The position numbers and the translations under genes are program-made. Source: a virus (taxonomy: Duplodnaviria > Caudoviricetes). Taken from it: 28,410 nucleotides of DNA. This document shows, piece by piece, positions 8,799 through 18,300 of the stretch. Each line of letters begins with the position of its first letter. The first letter of the stretch is position 1. Location: IMG/VR virus record IMGVR_UViG_3300012940_000088, positions 1-28,410 of that record. One strand, 5' to 3'. The notes beneath the pieces were generated by a model, which was not told the origin of the DNA, did no database searches, and saw nothing but the letters and a program-made list of their open reading frames with translations.

Positions 8799-9995
8799 TT
8801 ACGCGAAGTCGGACTTGACGCCCTTCGAGATGTTCCGATAGATTCCCATGGCGCGGGCGCCGGCGACTTCCATGCCGCCTTCCGTGGTCATGAGTCCCTC
8901 ATCGGCATCCTTGCCGTTGGCCCGGAGTCCGTTCTTGTCATAGTTCTCCTCGAACGTATCGCGCAGCATCCGCTTCCGGAGTCCGCCCGGATGGAGAACA
9001 TACATTTCCTTCGTCCAGTTCGGGTTCTCGTTCATCATCGGATGCGTCATCAGATTCAGCGTCCCGAACGCCGTGACCAGCTTGCCGACCTTAATGCCGA
9101 CGGCGGATTCGTTGAACTGGATGTTATAAACCGAATCCGCGATGGTCATATGCTGGAGCGCCTGAAGCACGATATCGCCATTATAAACGATTCGTTCATT
9201 CGGCTGACCCTTGATTCCGACGGAGAACACCTGCCGAACGAATTCGGTGAGGTCCTTGAGACTCAGCTGGCCGGCGACTCCGCCCGTCGCTGCGGTCGCC
9301 ACGGTGCCACCGAACGATTCGATCTGCGTCACAACGCCATCGGTGAGACGGAACTGATTCCCGTTGTAAACGCCAGCGTGCTTCTTGCCCCAGATGAACG
9401 AACGCTCCATGTCCTCGGAGTGATACATCGCGCATTCACGCCGGGATTTCGCGAGCTTGTCGCCGGTCCGGTATTTGACCGCCTTCGCCGTTCCGGTGAT
9501 TGCCCACGCATTGCGGAAAATCTGGACGAGATTCGAACGCGGCGTGCCCTGCTGAGTCACGGCGGTTGGCTTCTCCGAACCTTCCTCGTGCGCGTTGCCG
9601 ATCAGCTGAACGTGATGCGCGTTGGTGACGGCGGTAATCGTGGTGCCGCCCATGCCACGAATCACGGTCAGATCGTTGCCGTTGACTCCCGTGACGAACA
9701 CATACTCGCCGGTTTCCTCGACCAGAAGAATCTGATTCGGAACGTAGAACGAGCCATCCGCCACGGAAATCGTGTTGGTCACACCGCCACCGGTGCAGGC
9801 AACACGGCCACTGATATGGGAGTCCTCATACCAGTGAAAGGTCGTATCCCCTGCCCCGACAGTCGGAATGCCCGCCGAAATCGCGAAAAGCTGTGCCTGT
9901 CCGGTCGGGTAGTAGTAGAGGATCGACGAGGCGAAATCGCCCGACCGTTCCCCCACGATTCCCTGCCAGGAACTGAAAATACCCTTGATCGCCAT
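8799..9995 (-). CDS. Major capsid protein (SU10 / DUF5309-like, HK97 fold, with insertion domain)
   Basis: 398 aa. FHWYED, IGNAHEEGS, NLVQIFRNAWAITGTA and DMERSFIWG motifs resemble DUF5309-type capsids; located after portal and scaffold. Confidence 0.85.
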   Translation of the reverse strand: MAIKGIFSSWQGIVGERSGDFASSILYYYPTGQAQLFAISAGIPTVGAGDTTFHWYEDSHISGRVACTGGGVTNTISVADGSFYVPNQILLVEETGEYVFVTGVNGNDLTVIRGMGGTTITAVTNAHHVQLIGNAHEEGSEKPTAVTQQGTPRSNLVQIFRNAWAITGTAKAVKYRTGDKLAKSRRECAMYHSEDMERSFIWGKKHAGVYNGNQFRLTDGVVTQIESFGGTVATAATGGVAGQLSLKDLTEFVRQVFSVGIKGQPNERIVYNGDIVLQALQHMTIADSVYNIQFNESAVGIKVGKLVTAFGTLNLMTHPMMNENPNWTKEMYVLHPGGLRKRMLRDTFEENYDKNGLRANGKDADEGLMTTEGGMEVAGARAMGIYRNISKGVKSDFA

Positions 9996-10020
9996 GTTGC
10001 CTTACCCTTCCTTTCTTAAA

Positions 10021-10857
10021 TCAACTCTCGTTCAATGCCTCCAGCCAGTTGGTCTTGCTGGTGGGGGCGGGGTCCGAATCAGAACCAACCGGGGCCACGT
10101 GCAGATTCAAATCGCTTGCCGTTCCTTCGGCCATCGCGCGCATCATCCGTTTCGTCATGCTGACTGCCTGCTCGCGATTGCCCTTCGACAATTTGAGTGC
10201 ACGATCATAGAGCGAATCGATAATCGGCTGGAGTTCCGGATTCTTCGAGGCGGGAACCTGCTCCCGAAGGAAACTCTTCGAATCACGATTCTGATGGGAC
10301 GATTCGAGCATCGACTGGAACTTCCCTTCCATGTGCTCGCCGAATTTGCCCATCAGATTCACAATCAAACCGATCGATTGCTCCATGGAACCGCGAATCG
10401 CATTGGTGAGGCCTTCGTTGAATTTATCGTAGTTCCCCTCGCCGATTGCTTCGATGGCTTCCTTGGTCATCACCGCTGGCGGGGCGAACTGCTTCACCCG
10501 ATTCGATATCGCTGTCCCGAGGTCATCACCTCCATTCTGCCCGGGTTGGCTCTGATTCCCCGGCTGGTTTCCGTTTCCATTGGGCTGATTCCCATTGGGC
10601 GCGGGTTCCTCGGCCGGATCATCCCAAAATGCGCGCGGGTTGAAGTCCTGTCCAGTGTTATTTTGCGGGGAATCCCCGTTTCCACCCGAGTTGGGATTTT
10701 CACCCCCGTTATTGCCGCCCTCGCTAGCGCCTCCTTCGCTGTGACCTTCCGGGGCACGCATGAATCGACCCTTCTTGCGCTCACTCGGAGTCATTGCCAC
10801 CACACCCATCAGCGCCGGAGTGCTGACTCCATTCACCAAATCTCCAAACCTACGCAT
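10021..10857 (-). CDS. Capsid scaffolding protein (putative)
   Basis: Start reassigned to MRRFGD (SD AAGGAG). G/N/Q-rich disordered N-region then helical body; immediately upstream of the capsid gene. Confidence 0.65.
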   Translation of the reverse strand: MRRFGDLVNGVSTPALMGVVAMTPSERKKGRFMRAPEGHSEGGASEGGNNGGENPNSGGNGDSPQNNTGQDFNPRAFWDDPAEEPAPNGNQPNGNGNQPGNQSQPGQNGGDDLGTAISNRVKQFAPPAVMTKEAIEAIGEGNYDKFNEGLTNAIRGSMEQSIGLIVNLMGKFGEHMEGKFQSMLESSHQNRDSKSFLREQVPASKNPELQPIIDSLYDRALKLSKGNREQAVSMTKRMMRAMAEGTASDLNLHVAPVGSDSDPAPTSKTNWLEALNES

Positions 10858-10900
10858 TTTGATTCTCCTTACTTTCCGTCTGCCATGATTCACCGACCCC

Positions 10901-11116
10901 CTACGGCCGGCCCCCAAGCGCGTCGATGACTTTCTGATACCATGTCCGATTGTCGACGGTTTGAGACTTTTTGGGGGATTGAATCACCCCCGAATTGCCA
11001 TCCCCAGTTGTGGTGTGGGAGTCATGAAGCGACTCACTCCGCATACGCTGAAAGGCCAGCATGGCCTGGCGACGCGATTCCGCCGTGGGTTGATTCGATC
11101 CATTCTGTGCCATCAC
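10901..11116 (-). CDS. Small hypothetical protein
   Basis: 71 aa; SD AGGAG; start overlaps the upstream stop. Confidence 0.55.
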   Translation of the reverse strand: MMAQNGSNQPTAESRRQAMLAFQRMRSESLHDSHTTTGDGNSGVIQSPKKSQTVDNRTWYQKVIDALGGRP

Positions 11117-11382
11117 GATTCTCCTGTGCCCTGAACCCTATCTTGCACGAGTTTCCTCCCGGTCAACGACATTGCAACCAGCAGTTCTCTCTGAATCGCA
11201 TGTCGATTTAGAATATTCATCTGTGAATCAGGAGAGTCGGTGGGCCACCGATCAATGATTACCCGAGTCTCCAATTCAATCAAGCGGTCCCAGAACTTCG
11301 CAGACTCAAGCGTCATCAACGCCATGCGAACAGGATCGTGCTCATCGGATATCAACCCGAGAATCATGTCTGGAACAATCAT
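11113..11382 (-). CDS. Hypothetical protein between portal and scaffold
   Basis: 89-aa helical ORF with SD GGAG, in operon position. Confidence 0.65.
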   Translation of the reverse strand: MIVPDMILGLISDEHDPVRMALMTLESAKFWDRLIELETRVIIDRWPTDSPDSQMNILNRHAIQRELLVAMSLTGRKLVQDRVQGTGES

Positions 11383-11417
11383 CTTCTGACTCCGTTAGAG
11401 GTTAGACCGTGCGCCCG

Positions 11418-13379
11418 TCAACCATAGATCGGCTCCGTGACGGCCGTGGGATTCGTTGCAGGCTGAATGCCAGTGCCTTCCTGGGGATTCGCAGCCGCAG
11501 CATTGGCGGCAACCTGCTCGTTCGTCAACTCGAATTGCTTCATGTTGACGTCGATATCCTGCATGTCCGTCCAGTAATCGATCAGCGCCAGCACATCGAC
11601 TCGCTGAGCGGATTGCGGATTCTGAATCAGAGCAAAAATGATCTGCTGCAACCGATCGGCAATCATCTGTCGGTCGATGGCTTTGAGTCCCATGCCGATG
11701 ATAAACGGCAAATCCGTATTGCGAAGATTCTCGATATCCACCGTGACTTTGCGCCCTCGGAAATCCGTCATCTCCGCGCCATCCCGCTGATATTGGAGGA
11801 TGTTATAATACAACGAGAATCGCATGGGGCGCAGGCAAGTCGAATCCAACAACAGCGCTGACTTTTGCTGCCTGCGATTCGCACCTTGCTGGACGGCGAC
11901 AACCTGCTGGCTAACCGCCCGGTCGATGCCCGCGATCTGACTCGGAAGCGCTTGGGTGGGGAAGAACTGATTCACGATCTTCATCACCGCGTCAAGCGAT
12001 TGCATTGAGTTTTCCGTGTCGATATTCGTTTCATCGCGCCAGATGGCCTCGTTGAGATTCTTCCCGGCTGCCGTCGGTTCGGCAGGGACTCGACCCGCGA
12101 CCTCACCTTCGGGAATCTTTGACAAATCCACAATCGACTTGTCATAAACTGTGAGTCCAAACAACTTCTTCCGAGTCGCTTGGATGTGGATATTCATAAT
12201 ATGGCTGGCCAGATTCTGCAAAGGCTCGAGAATCTCGGCGACGGATTTCTGGTGAATCCCCATCCCGTCGTCGTTAATCAACCCAAAATAAAACGGAATG
12301 TGATTATGGATATTATTCATCCACTTCGCATCAATGATCTGACGATCATTCAACAGCGTGATGCGCCAGACTTCATAATGATTCCTTGTCGCACGCTCGT
12401 TGCTCGGGACGAGATTGAATTCAACCGGATTGAGTCGAATAAACATTTCGACAAACTCATACCCAGTCGTTTGATAATAATCCGCGTTGTCACTCAGCCG
12501 GCTGATCCAATTGCTCGTCGACGATTGGTCATCCTGCATGTTGGCTTCGACTGGCGGATGCCGATAGTAGCGGCAGTTATTGAATCGTTCGTCATTCGTA
12601 AGCGCGTCGGAGCAATTGAAATACTGCCCGGCCAGCGCACGACTCGCCAGCCAATAATGACTCCGGACGAAAATCCTCGCCGCCCATTCGCCTTCCTTAT
12701 AAACCAAGTGCGGTGGAACCGTCGGATCATACACGGTATTATACATATCCAACGATTTGATCTTATTCCCCTCCCACACGATTTCATCTTCGACGCCGGT
12801 CACTTGATTCGTAGGACCGATTTGCATTCGCGGGCCAGTCTCCGTTTCCCATCCGGTGAACAACCCGCCGATATTATACTTTAGCATCGACCAGACGGAC
12901 TGAAACAACTCCCGATAATAGCCCGCATAAATCGCGTGATTGTTCATCAGCATGACCATCTGGCTTGCCGAATCAACCTCATCGGGCTTACCCGCTTGAT
13001 AGAACATAGCCTTGCCCGGCGCGAATGTCTGCGAGTAATACGTGCTTAAATCATCCAGCTGAATATACGTCAGCGGGAGATTCGTGAGAACGGCCTGAGG
13101 AATCCCTGTGGAAGCCTGTTTCAATTTCCTCTTTTTGTCCTCATCGCTCAAGCGCATCCAGCCCGCGACATTCTTATCGATCTGTGCGAATCGGAGAACC
13201 TGGTTATCCCGAACCTGTATCCCCTGGGCGAGGCGGGGCCGAATATAATCCATCAATTTCTGATGGCTCTTCTGATTCACGAAAGGATGGCTGGCGTGAA
13301 CCTGCGGCGCAGGATACTTGAATCCCGACGGCTGCGGAATCTTGTCGATTGCGGTTTCGAGGCTAACGATATCAGACAC
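11418..13379 (-). CDS. Portal protein
   Basis: About 650 aa, directly after the large terminase. LEPLQNLASHIMN...ATRKKL helix and P.Q.AG.DRA motif are typical of podovirus portals. Start placed at GTG 13379 (SD GGAG), overlapping the terL stop. Confidence 0.85.
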   Translation of the reverse strand: MSDIVSLETAIDKIPQPSGFKYPAPQVHASHPFVNQKSHQKLMDYIRPRLAQGIQVRDNQVLRFAQIDKNVAGWMRLSDEDKKRKLKQASTGIPQAVLTNLPLTYIQLDDLSTYYSQTFAPGKAMFYQAGKPDEVDSASQMVMLMNNHAIYAGYYRELFQSVWSMLKYNIGGLFTGWETETGPRMQIGPTNQVTGVEDEIVWEGNKIKSLDMYNTVYDPTVPPHLVYKEGEWAARIFVRSHYWLASRALAGQYFNCSDALTNDERFNNCRYYRHPPVEANMQDDQSSTSNWISRLSDNADYYQTTGYEFVEMFIRLNPVEFNLVPSNERATRNHYEVWRITLLNDRQIIDAKWMNNIHNHIPFYFGLINDDGMGIHQKSVAEILEPLQNLASHIMNIHIQATRKKLFGLTVYDKSIVDLSKIPEGEVAGRVPAEPTAAGKNLNEAIWRDETNIDTENSMQSLDAVMKIVNQFFPTQALPSQIAGIDRAVSQQVVAVQQGANRRQQKSALLLDSTCLRPMRFSLYYNILQYQRDGAEMTDFRGRKVTVDIENLRNTDLPFIIGMGLKAIDRQMIADRLQQIIFALIQNPQSAQRVDVLALIDYWTDMQDIDVNMKQFELTNEQVAANAAAANPQEGTGIQPATNPTAVTEPIYG

Positions 13380-14961
13380 TGCAAATCTCCGTTCCAAACT
13401 GCGACCGAGCCTTGGCGAGTAATTCTTCTTCACTCAATCCCGACGTCGCAGCCATGATTAAGCCAAGATGATTCTGTATCATCTGCGGTCCATACGCGCA
13501 TGAATCAAGCAAGTCGTCGACGTTGCCTTTCTTCATCATATTGTAATTAAGCGCCTGCGTAACGAAATTCAACATGGTATCCGCAATTGCGTATTCTTTT
13601 TTCGCCATCATTGAGACGAATCCGCGAATACGCATGATTTTGGGATCGCCTTTGCCCGACATCAACGGCACGATTTCCACATGATTCGGTATCTGCCGGA
13701 GTGCCATGTAAGTGTTGAATAGCGTAATCAACACCCTCTGCGCAGCAACTGATTCAATTCCCCACACCCACGCATTCCATTTCCGGCCAAGCCGAAGCAT
13801 GTGGTCAAACAACTCCGCTTCCGTGAATTTCCCGGTCACGTCCTCCGCGACGACGGGTAACTGATCCGACTCCCGGAGCACATGGACCGTAATCGACGAA
13901 TCATCATTTACTTCCTTCTCTCCGAATGCCGGATCGAGAACAAGAAATGCCGCGGATGATTCGTCAGGCAAGGGCTGCGGAACCATGAATATCTGATCCG
14001 CCCGGAATCCATTCTTCCCATGACCGGGCATATTCATCATTTCGCACATCCAAGTCTCAATCAGACCCAGATCGCGATATTCGTTAAAATCCTCGATCAA
14101 TTCCTCCATCGGCCACCGATCCGGCCACAGAGGAACAATTTGCCCCGTTGATTCATCCTTGACCAAACAGCCAAAGACCACAGGATTCCACCTCGGGTTT
14201 GTCGAAAGACGAGCCAAAAGACTCGTTTTCTTCAACATATTCCCAAGCCAGATTATTTTCTTCTGCCGCGCAAGCGCTTTGATAAATGGACCGAACACCC
14301 ACAAATCAAGTTTCTTCTGCAGGACATCCGATTCGGTGTTATCATTATCCTCTAAGTCATCGACGACTGCAATATCCGGGCGTTGATTATCCACGTTAAT
14401 CCCGCGCATGGTCTGGCCTGCGCCAATCGCACGCAAGATACAACGTTTGACCTTCCCATTTCCAAGCGGAAGATCGAATATCCAGATTGATTCAGTCTCA
14501 CTATCCTTGACGACTCGGATATCGCCGAACACTTGCCGGAAGTTATCACACTTCAAGAAATTAACAATATCCCGGCAGGCATCCTTGGCTCGCGAATTCG
14601 TATTACTCACATACGCGCAGAACCTATGATTCGTATAGAGGAAATACCAAACGACACAAAGCTTCGCAAGCGTGGTTTTCGCGTGGTCTCTCGGAATGGC
14701 AAGCAACACCCGCTGCAACGCCGTGTTGGTCAGGAGTTTCCAAACCTCCACGTGAATCAGAGGAACTGGGAAAATCAACTCGTCGCCGAGAAAGAACTCA
14801 ATAAACAACTCCCCTGAGTCTCGCAGTGCACTCTGCATTGACTCCCGATCGACAATTGTATCGACCGTTTCGACTCCCGAAGCCCGATCCGCAGCGCCCA
14901 GCAACCGGTCGAGTTCATCAACCGCTTCGTCCTCATTCCAATCGTCACTCTCGGGAATCAT
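13372..14961 (-). CDS. terL: Terminase large subunit
   Basis: Walker A-like AIPRDHAKT, RG...RPDIAVVDDLE Walker B, LWPDRW linker, RNase H-like nuclease motifs LDPA...DDS and DDLLDS. Confidence 0.93.
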   Translation of the reverse strand: MIPESDDWNEDEAVDELDRLLGAADRASGVETVDTIVDRESMQSALRDSGELFIEFFLGDELIFPVPLIHVEVWKLLTNTALQRVLLAIPRDHAKTTLAKLCVVWYFLYTNHRFCAYVSNTNSRAKDACRDIVNFLKCDNFRQVFGDIRVVKDSETESIWIFDLPLGNGKVKRCILRAIGAGQTMRGINVDNQRPDIAVVDDLEDNDNTESDVLQKKLDLWVFGPFIKALARQKKIIWLGNMLKKTSLLARLSTNPRWNPVVFGCLVKDESTGQIVPLWPDRWPMEELIEDFNEYRDLGLIETWMCEMMNMPGHGKNGFRADQIFMVPQPLPDESSAAFLVLDPAFGEKEVNDDSSITVHVLRESDQLPVVAEDVTGKFTEAELFDHMLRLGRKWNAWVWGIESVAAQRVLITLFNTYMALRQIPNHVEIVPLMSGKGDPKIMRIRGFVSMMAKKEYAIADTMLNFVTQALNYNMMKKGNVDDLLDSCAYGPQMIQNHLGLIMAATSGLSEEELLAKARSQFGTEICSV

Positions 14962-14964
14962 CGG

Positions 14965-15099
14965 TTACAATTCCACAAACGGTTCGCGATGAGAATCACA
15001 ATGGTTCAGTGCCGGGTCCCGGTGCTCGCAGTAGGAATCACGGTGGTTTGGAGAGCCTCGGTGCTCGGCTTCGCCTGCGCTGGCACATGTGTGAATCAT
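14965..15099 (-). CDS. Possible 44-aa His/Cys-rich ORF filling the terS-terL gap
   Basis: MIHTCASAGEAEHRGSPNHRDSYCEHRDPALNHCDSHREPFVEL; ATGA overlap with the upstream stop; ends 3 bp before the terL start. Confidence 0.3.
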   Translation of the reverse strand: MIHTCASAGEAEHRGSPNHRDSYCEHRDPALNHCDSHREPFVEL

Positions 15100-15737
15100 A
15101 TTCCCAGCAACTTCCCAATCGCGTCAGCCGTGATCTCTGACTCCTGGTTCGAAATCTGTTTGGCCTCCTGCGAATCAGCTGTCGGATTGAAAAACCCGCT
15201 GATCTCATCAAATGTCGGACGCTTTACCGATTCGCTATGAATCGAGACCTGATCGGTGATCGACCGCTCCACGCCCTGCGTCCCGTTCAGCCTCTCAACG
15301 ATTCGTCGACTAAGCGTCAGCCTCACAACTCCCTTGGCCGAACCGGGATCAAGCGCGTCTGAACCACTCGGCATCTTCTGCCTCCTGACTGCTTTGTTGG
15401 CCATGGTGGCGATTCGCACCAAACGGTCAACATCTCTTTCCCGATCAATCGCCTTGGCAATCTTCTTCAACGCGGCGGATTCAATCTCATCATAAGTCAA
15501 ATCCGTTTCGACAGAATCGTGATTATACTGCGCGGCGACGAGAAGGTGGACGTCTTTGTAATCCTGGCTGTCCATTAGCTCTTGGACTTCTGAATCAGAG
15601 ACACCCAAAATCTGGGCGACCGACTCCCTGCTCCCACCGAGCACCATGTTCTTTGCGACTAGCACTACTGAATCACTGACTGGTCGGCCGAGCATTTCAC
15701 TCAGACCTTCGACCGTCATTTTACTCATTCCACCCAT
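15096..15737 (-). CDS. Putative terminase small subunit
   Basis: HTH-like segment (SRESVAQILGVSDSEVQELM) and helical oligomerisation region; lies upstream of terL. Confidence 0.6.
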   Translation of the reverse strand: MGGMSKMTVEGLSEMLGRPVSDSVVLVAKNMVLGGSRESVAQILGVSDSEVQELMDSQDYKDVHLLVAAQYNHDSVETDLTYDEIESAALKKIAKAIDRERDVDRLVRIATMANKAVRRQKMPSGSDALDPGSAKGVVRLTLSRRIVERLNGTQGVERSITDQVSIHSESVKRPTFDEISGFFNPTADSQEAKQISNQESEITADAIGKLLGI

Positions 15738-16102
15738 TTTGTTTTCAACCTTCTGATTCAGAGTGCAAGGGCAACCGACCCCAAAATTTTTTATTTTTTA
15801 ATTTTTCCCACCTACCCCCAACGACTCCAGGGGATGCGGGGGACGTCAGTGATTTTTTGTTCGGCATAGCGGGTGCCATATTAAGAGCGGCGCGAGCCAA
15901 AACGATTGGGGGGTCATCCCCCCGGCATGAATCAAACGATGTCCGAAAAACAGAACCTAACTAGGGAGCGTGATCGTGGATTGATTCGTGACAGCTGTGA
16001 CTCTCCCACAAACAAGCGCATCAGCGAAGCTGATTCCATTCTAATCCGAGCGAAGCGAGGCGAAATTTTTTGGTTAATAAAGGTTAATGATTGATTTAAT
16101 GA

Positions 16103-16139
16103 CTGGCGGCGGGGGTGGGAGTCAAATAGCCGCCGCCAG
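16103..16139. terminator. GC-rich stem-loop, possible terminator or processing site after the leftward early unit
   Basis: Perfect 10-bp inverted repeat CTGGCGGCGG/CCGCCGCCAG, 19 bp after the 16158 stop; no clear U-tract. Confidence 0.4.
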
Positions 16140-16157
16140 GCGGGGAGTGAGAGTGGA

Positions 16158-16340
16158 TCAGTCAATTACCGCCTTGAGGCGTCCGAGTAGAATCGTGCCA
16201 TTTTCCGCGTGGATTGCCAGATGATTCGCCAGCGCTTCGGCGGAATCCTTCGCCGTGTTGAAACGGCGGTTCGATGTTTCCCATGTGCCTAACTCCGTGA
16301 AGGGAGTAGGCCACCGGATTTGAAAGGTCCAACGAGTCAT
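16158..16340 (-). CDS. Small hypothetical protein
   Basis: 60 aa with SD GGAGGA. An overlapping alternative frame (16162-16407) also has an SD, so the choice is uncertain. Confidence 0.5.
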   Translation of the reverse strand: MTRWTFQIRWPTPFTELGTWETSNRRFNTAKDSAEALANHLAIHAENGTILLGRLKAVID

Positions 16341-16470
16341 TGATTTCCTCCGATTGAACGGCTGTAAGTAAACGAACGAATTGATTGAGACGGGGCGGGT
16401 AGGTCATTCCGACGCCTCCAAAAGAATGGGGCGAGCCATTTGATTAACTCGCCCCACAGTCAGCCGGTGA

Positions 16471-17457
16471 TTACTCGCCCGATCCTTCGCCTTCCGTCTC
16501 CGACTCCGAACCCAGATCCTTGGCCGGGGAGGCAAGGGCCGCGAGCAGCGATTCCGCCGACAATTCGGTATCCTCATCGTCCTCGGATTCAACAGAATCG
16601 TCGATGACATAATCATCGCGGGTATTGAGCCATTGGTCGAAAATAGTGGTGTCCTTTCCGGCCTTCGCGGCTTCCTGCTTGAATGCTCCAAGCGCGATCA
16701 CAAACAGACTCCCGCGCTTCCCGCCGCCAAGCGCTGCATCTTCCAACGTGGGATAGAATTGCTGCGCATAGGCCGTGCTCGACATAGCGTTCTTAAACTC
16801 GCGCTTCGGAAGATTCGCCAGTTTCCACGATTTCGACAGTTTGCCGAGCGCAGTCTTGATCGGCTTCCAAAACTCCTCGAAGGCTTCCAGCAGCGTGGAC
16901 GTGCCAACGCGCGAGGACGTGACGTAATCCGCGAGGCTCTTGGGCATCTGGTCGAGGACAGTCATGTCAGACAGATCGACAATCGAGTCCTTTGTGTCCC
17001 GGAGAACACGAACAGCCGCACGGTTGATTTCCGTCTCATACCGGGCTTCCAGCCATTTGCGCCCGGATTCGTCGGCAAGCACGTCGTCGATTCGCGGCTG
17101 CGGGTAAACGACGATTGCCTTGACCTTAGACGAACCAGAGCCTTCGCCGCGAGTCGTCAGCACGGCGATTACCGTCTGCATGGATTCCGAGAAGATTTCC
17201 GGGTCGAAAACGAGATTGCCCGATTCATCCTGCCCGAGTCCCTGAACTGCGCCGCCTTCGCGCTTGGCGTCGATTGGCGAAACCACGGGATAGTCGCCGA
17301 AGTCGGAAAATTTCGACATGCAATCGGCGAGATACGCCGCAGCGGATTCCGTGGTGTCGAAAACGCGCCGGGAGTCCATATCGTCGAGAACAGTTTTGGT
17401 CTTGCTGTTGTTCGCGCCGTTGGAGTCCGTGGCGGGATTGGTGTTGGTGTCTGCCAT
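16471..17457 (-). CDS. Hypothetical protein with long acidic C-terminal tail
   Basis: 328 aa; SD AAGGA; preceded by its own promoter; tail DDSVESEDDEDTE...SESETEGEGSGE. Confidence 0.85.
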   Translation of the reverse strand: MADTNTNPATDSNGANNSKTKTVLDDMDSRRVFDTTESAAAYLADCMSKFSDFGDYPVVSPIDAKREGGAVQGLGQDESGNLVFDPEIFSESMQTVIAVLTTRGEGSGSSKVKAIVVYPQPRIDDVLADESGRKWLEARYETEINRAAVRVLRDTKDSIVDLSDMTVLDQMPKSLADYVTSSRVGTSTLLEAFEEFWKPIKTALGKLSKSWKLANLPKREFKNAMSSTAYAQQFYPTLEDAALGGGKRGSLFVIALGAFKQEAAKAGKDTTIFDQWLNTRDDYVIDDSVESEDDEDTELSAESLLAALASPAKDLGSESETEGEGSGE

Positions 17458-17515
17458 GATGTAAGTTCCTTGGTTGATTCAGCGATCAGGCGGAATTGCC
17501 CGATGGCTGTTTTGG

Positions 17516-17544
17516 ATAGTGAGGATTTGTGAGAGGATTGTCAA
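17516..17544 (-). promoter_or_regulatory. Sigma70-type promoter for the 328-aa gene
   Basis: TTGACA-17bp-CACTAT on the minus strand, with an upstream A/T tract. Confidence 0.65.
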
Positions 17545-17755
17545 GGGGCGGTAGGAAAATTTTTTTGAATGGCCGTTGGATTGTGCTCGACGAATGCAAC
17601 CCGGCGAATCGTTTGAGGCGATTTGGATTTGTGGGCTGGAGTCGTAAGGGGCGGAGAAGTTAAGAAATAGATTTTGTTCTGGTTTTGTTCGTGGCGCTAT
17701 GATTCGCGTGCGCGCGTGTGCGGATGTGGGCGTTGGTGAATCGGTCCGAGGATTC

Positions 17756-17784
17756 ATTGTGTTGGTTTGGGCGGAGTGAATCAA
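17756..17784 (-). promoter_or_regulatory. Leftward promoter candidate, mirror of the 18142 promoter
   Basis: TTGATT-17bp-CACAAT followed immediately by GAATCC; abuts the left inverted-repeat arm. Confidence 0.45.
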
Positions 17785-17787
17785 ATA

Positions 17788-18139
17788 ATTATCTTATCTT
17801 ATGTCTTATAGGTAGTTGGTGAGCGCCCTTCGGCTGGCGGCTGGTCCGGGAGCCTTTCCGATACCGTGCGCGCGCGTAGCATGATTCATTCCGCCCATCA
17901 TCGGGTTGAGGCTTGGGAGTCTGTCATCCTCACTAATCCCCCGACTCCCAGTGATTAAATATAAAAATTTTCAAAGGGAGGGGGTTTTTGTGAGACTCAG
18001 ACCAGCAACTCCGTGAGTGGGATTCGCGGAAGTGAATGGATTGGGAATCATGGGTGACGGGATTCAGGAAAGGGGCCGGGGAGGGATGGTCACGGCAGGC
18101 GGGTTCACCAACTATCTATAAGATGTAAGATAAGATAAT
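17788..18139. repeat. 35-bp inverted repeat (17788-17822 / 18105-18139) flanking a 282-bp spacer
   Basis: TCACCAACTA(C/T)CTATAAGA(CA/TG)TAAGATAAGATAAT, 32/35 identical. Confidence 0.92.
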
Positions 18140-18141
18140 AC

Positions 18142-18170
18142 TTGACATTTGGGAATGGATGTGATATGAC
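18142..18170 (+). promoter_or_regulatory. Sigma70-type early promoter
   Basis: TTGACA-17bp-TATGAC with extended -10 TG, followed immediately by GAATCC. Confidence 0.75.
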
Positions 18171-18186
18171 GAATCCGGCCCTGCCG

Positions 18187-18300
18187 GCAGGCAGACTAAC
18201 CATTGATAACTGATGGGCATCTAAAGACAGAGGAATCATTGCAGGCAGACTAATCCCTGCAACTGATGGGCATCTAAAGATTACGAGAATCATCATTGCA
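18187..18300 (+). repeat. Two-copy ~54-bp tandem repeat in the early leader
   Basis: Identical blocks GCAGGCAGACTAA (13 nt) and AACTGATGGGCATCTAAAGA (20 nt); each unit ends in GAATCAT. Confidence 0.9.

Noticed and set aside
8754-10929. Long plus-strand ORFs (421 aa, 314 aa) and similar antisense ORFs at 1128, 5710, 12180, 16633, 21787 and 23831
   Set aside because: These are antisense shadows of well-supported genes, explained by codon bias; no motifs recognised
16072-16099. CtrA box (TTAA-N7-TTAA)
   Set aside because: Three TTAA are present but spaced N6 and N8, not N7; at most half-sites in AT-rich DNA
17705-17878. Alternating purine-pyrimidine runs (CGCGTGCGCGCGTGTGCG; GTGCGCGCGCGTA) as Z-DNA elements
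   Set aside because: They are short and have no independent support for function
18187-18300. Mini-CRISPR array or hammerhead ribozyme in the leader repeat
   Set aside because: There are only two units, with 7-17 nt variable linkers too short for spacers. CTGATGG does not match the hammerhead CUGANGA core.
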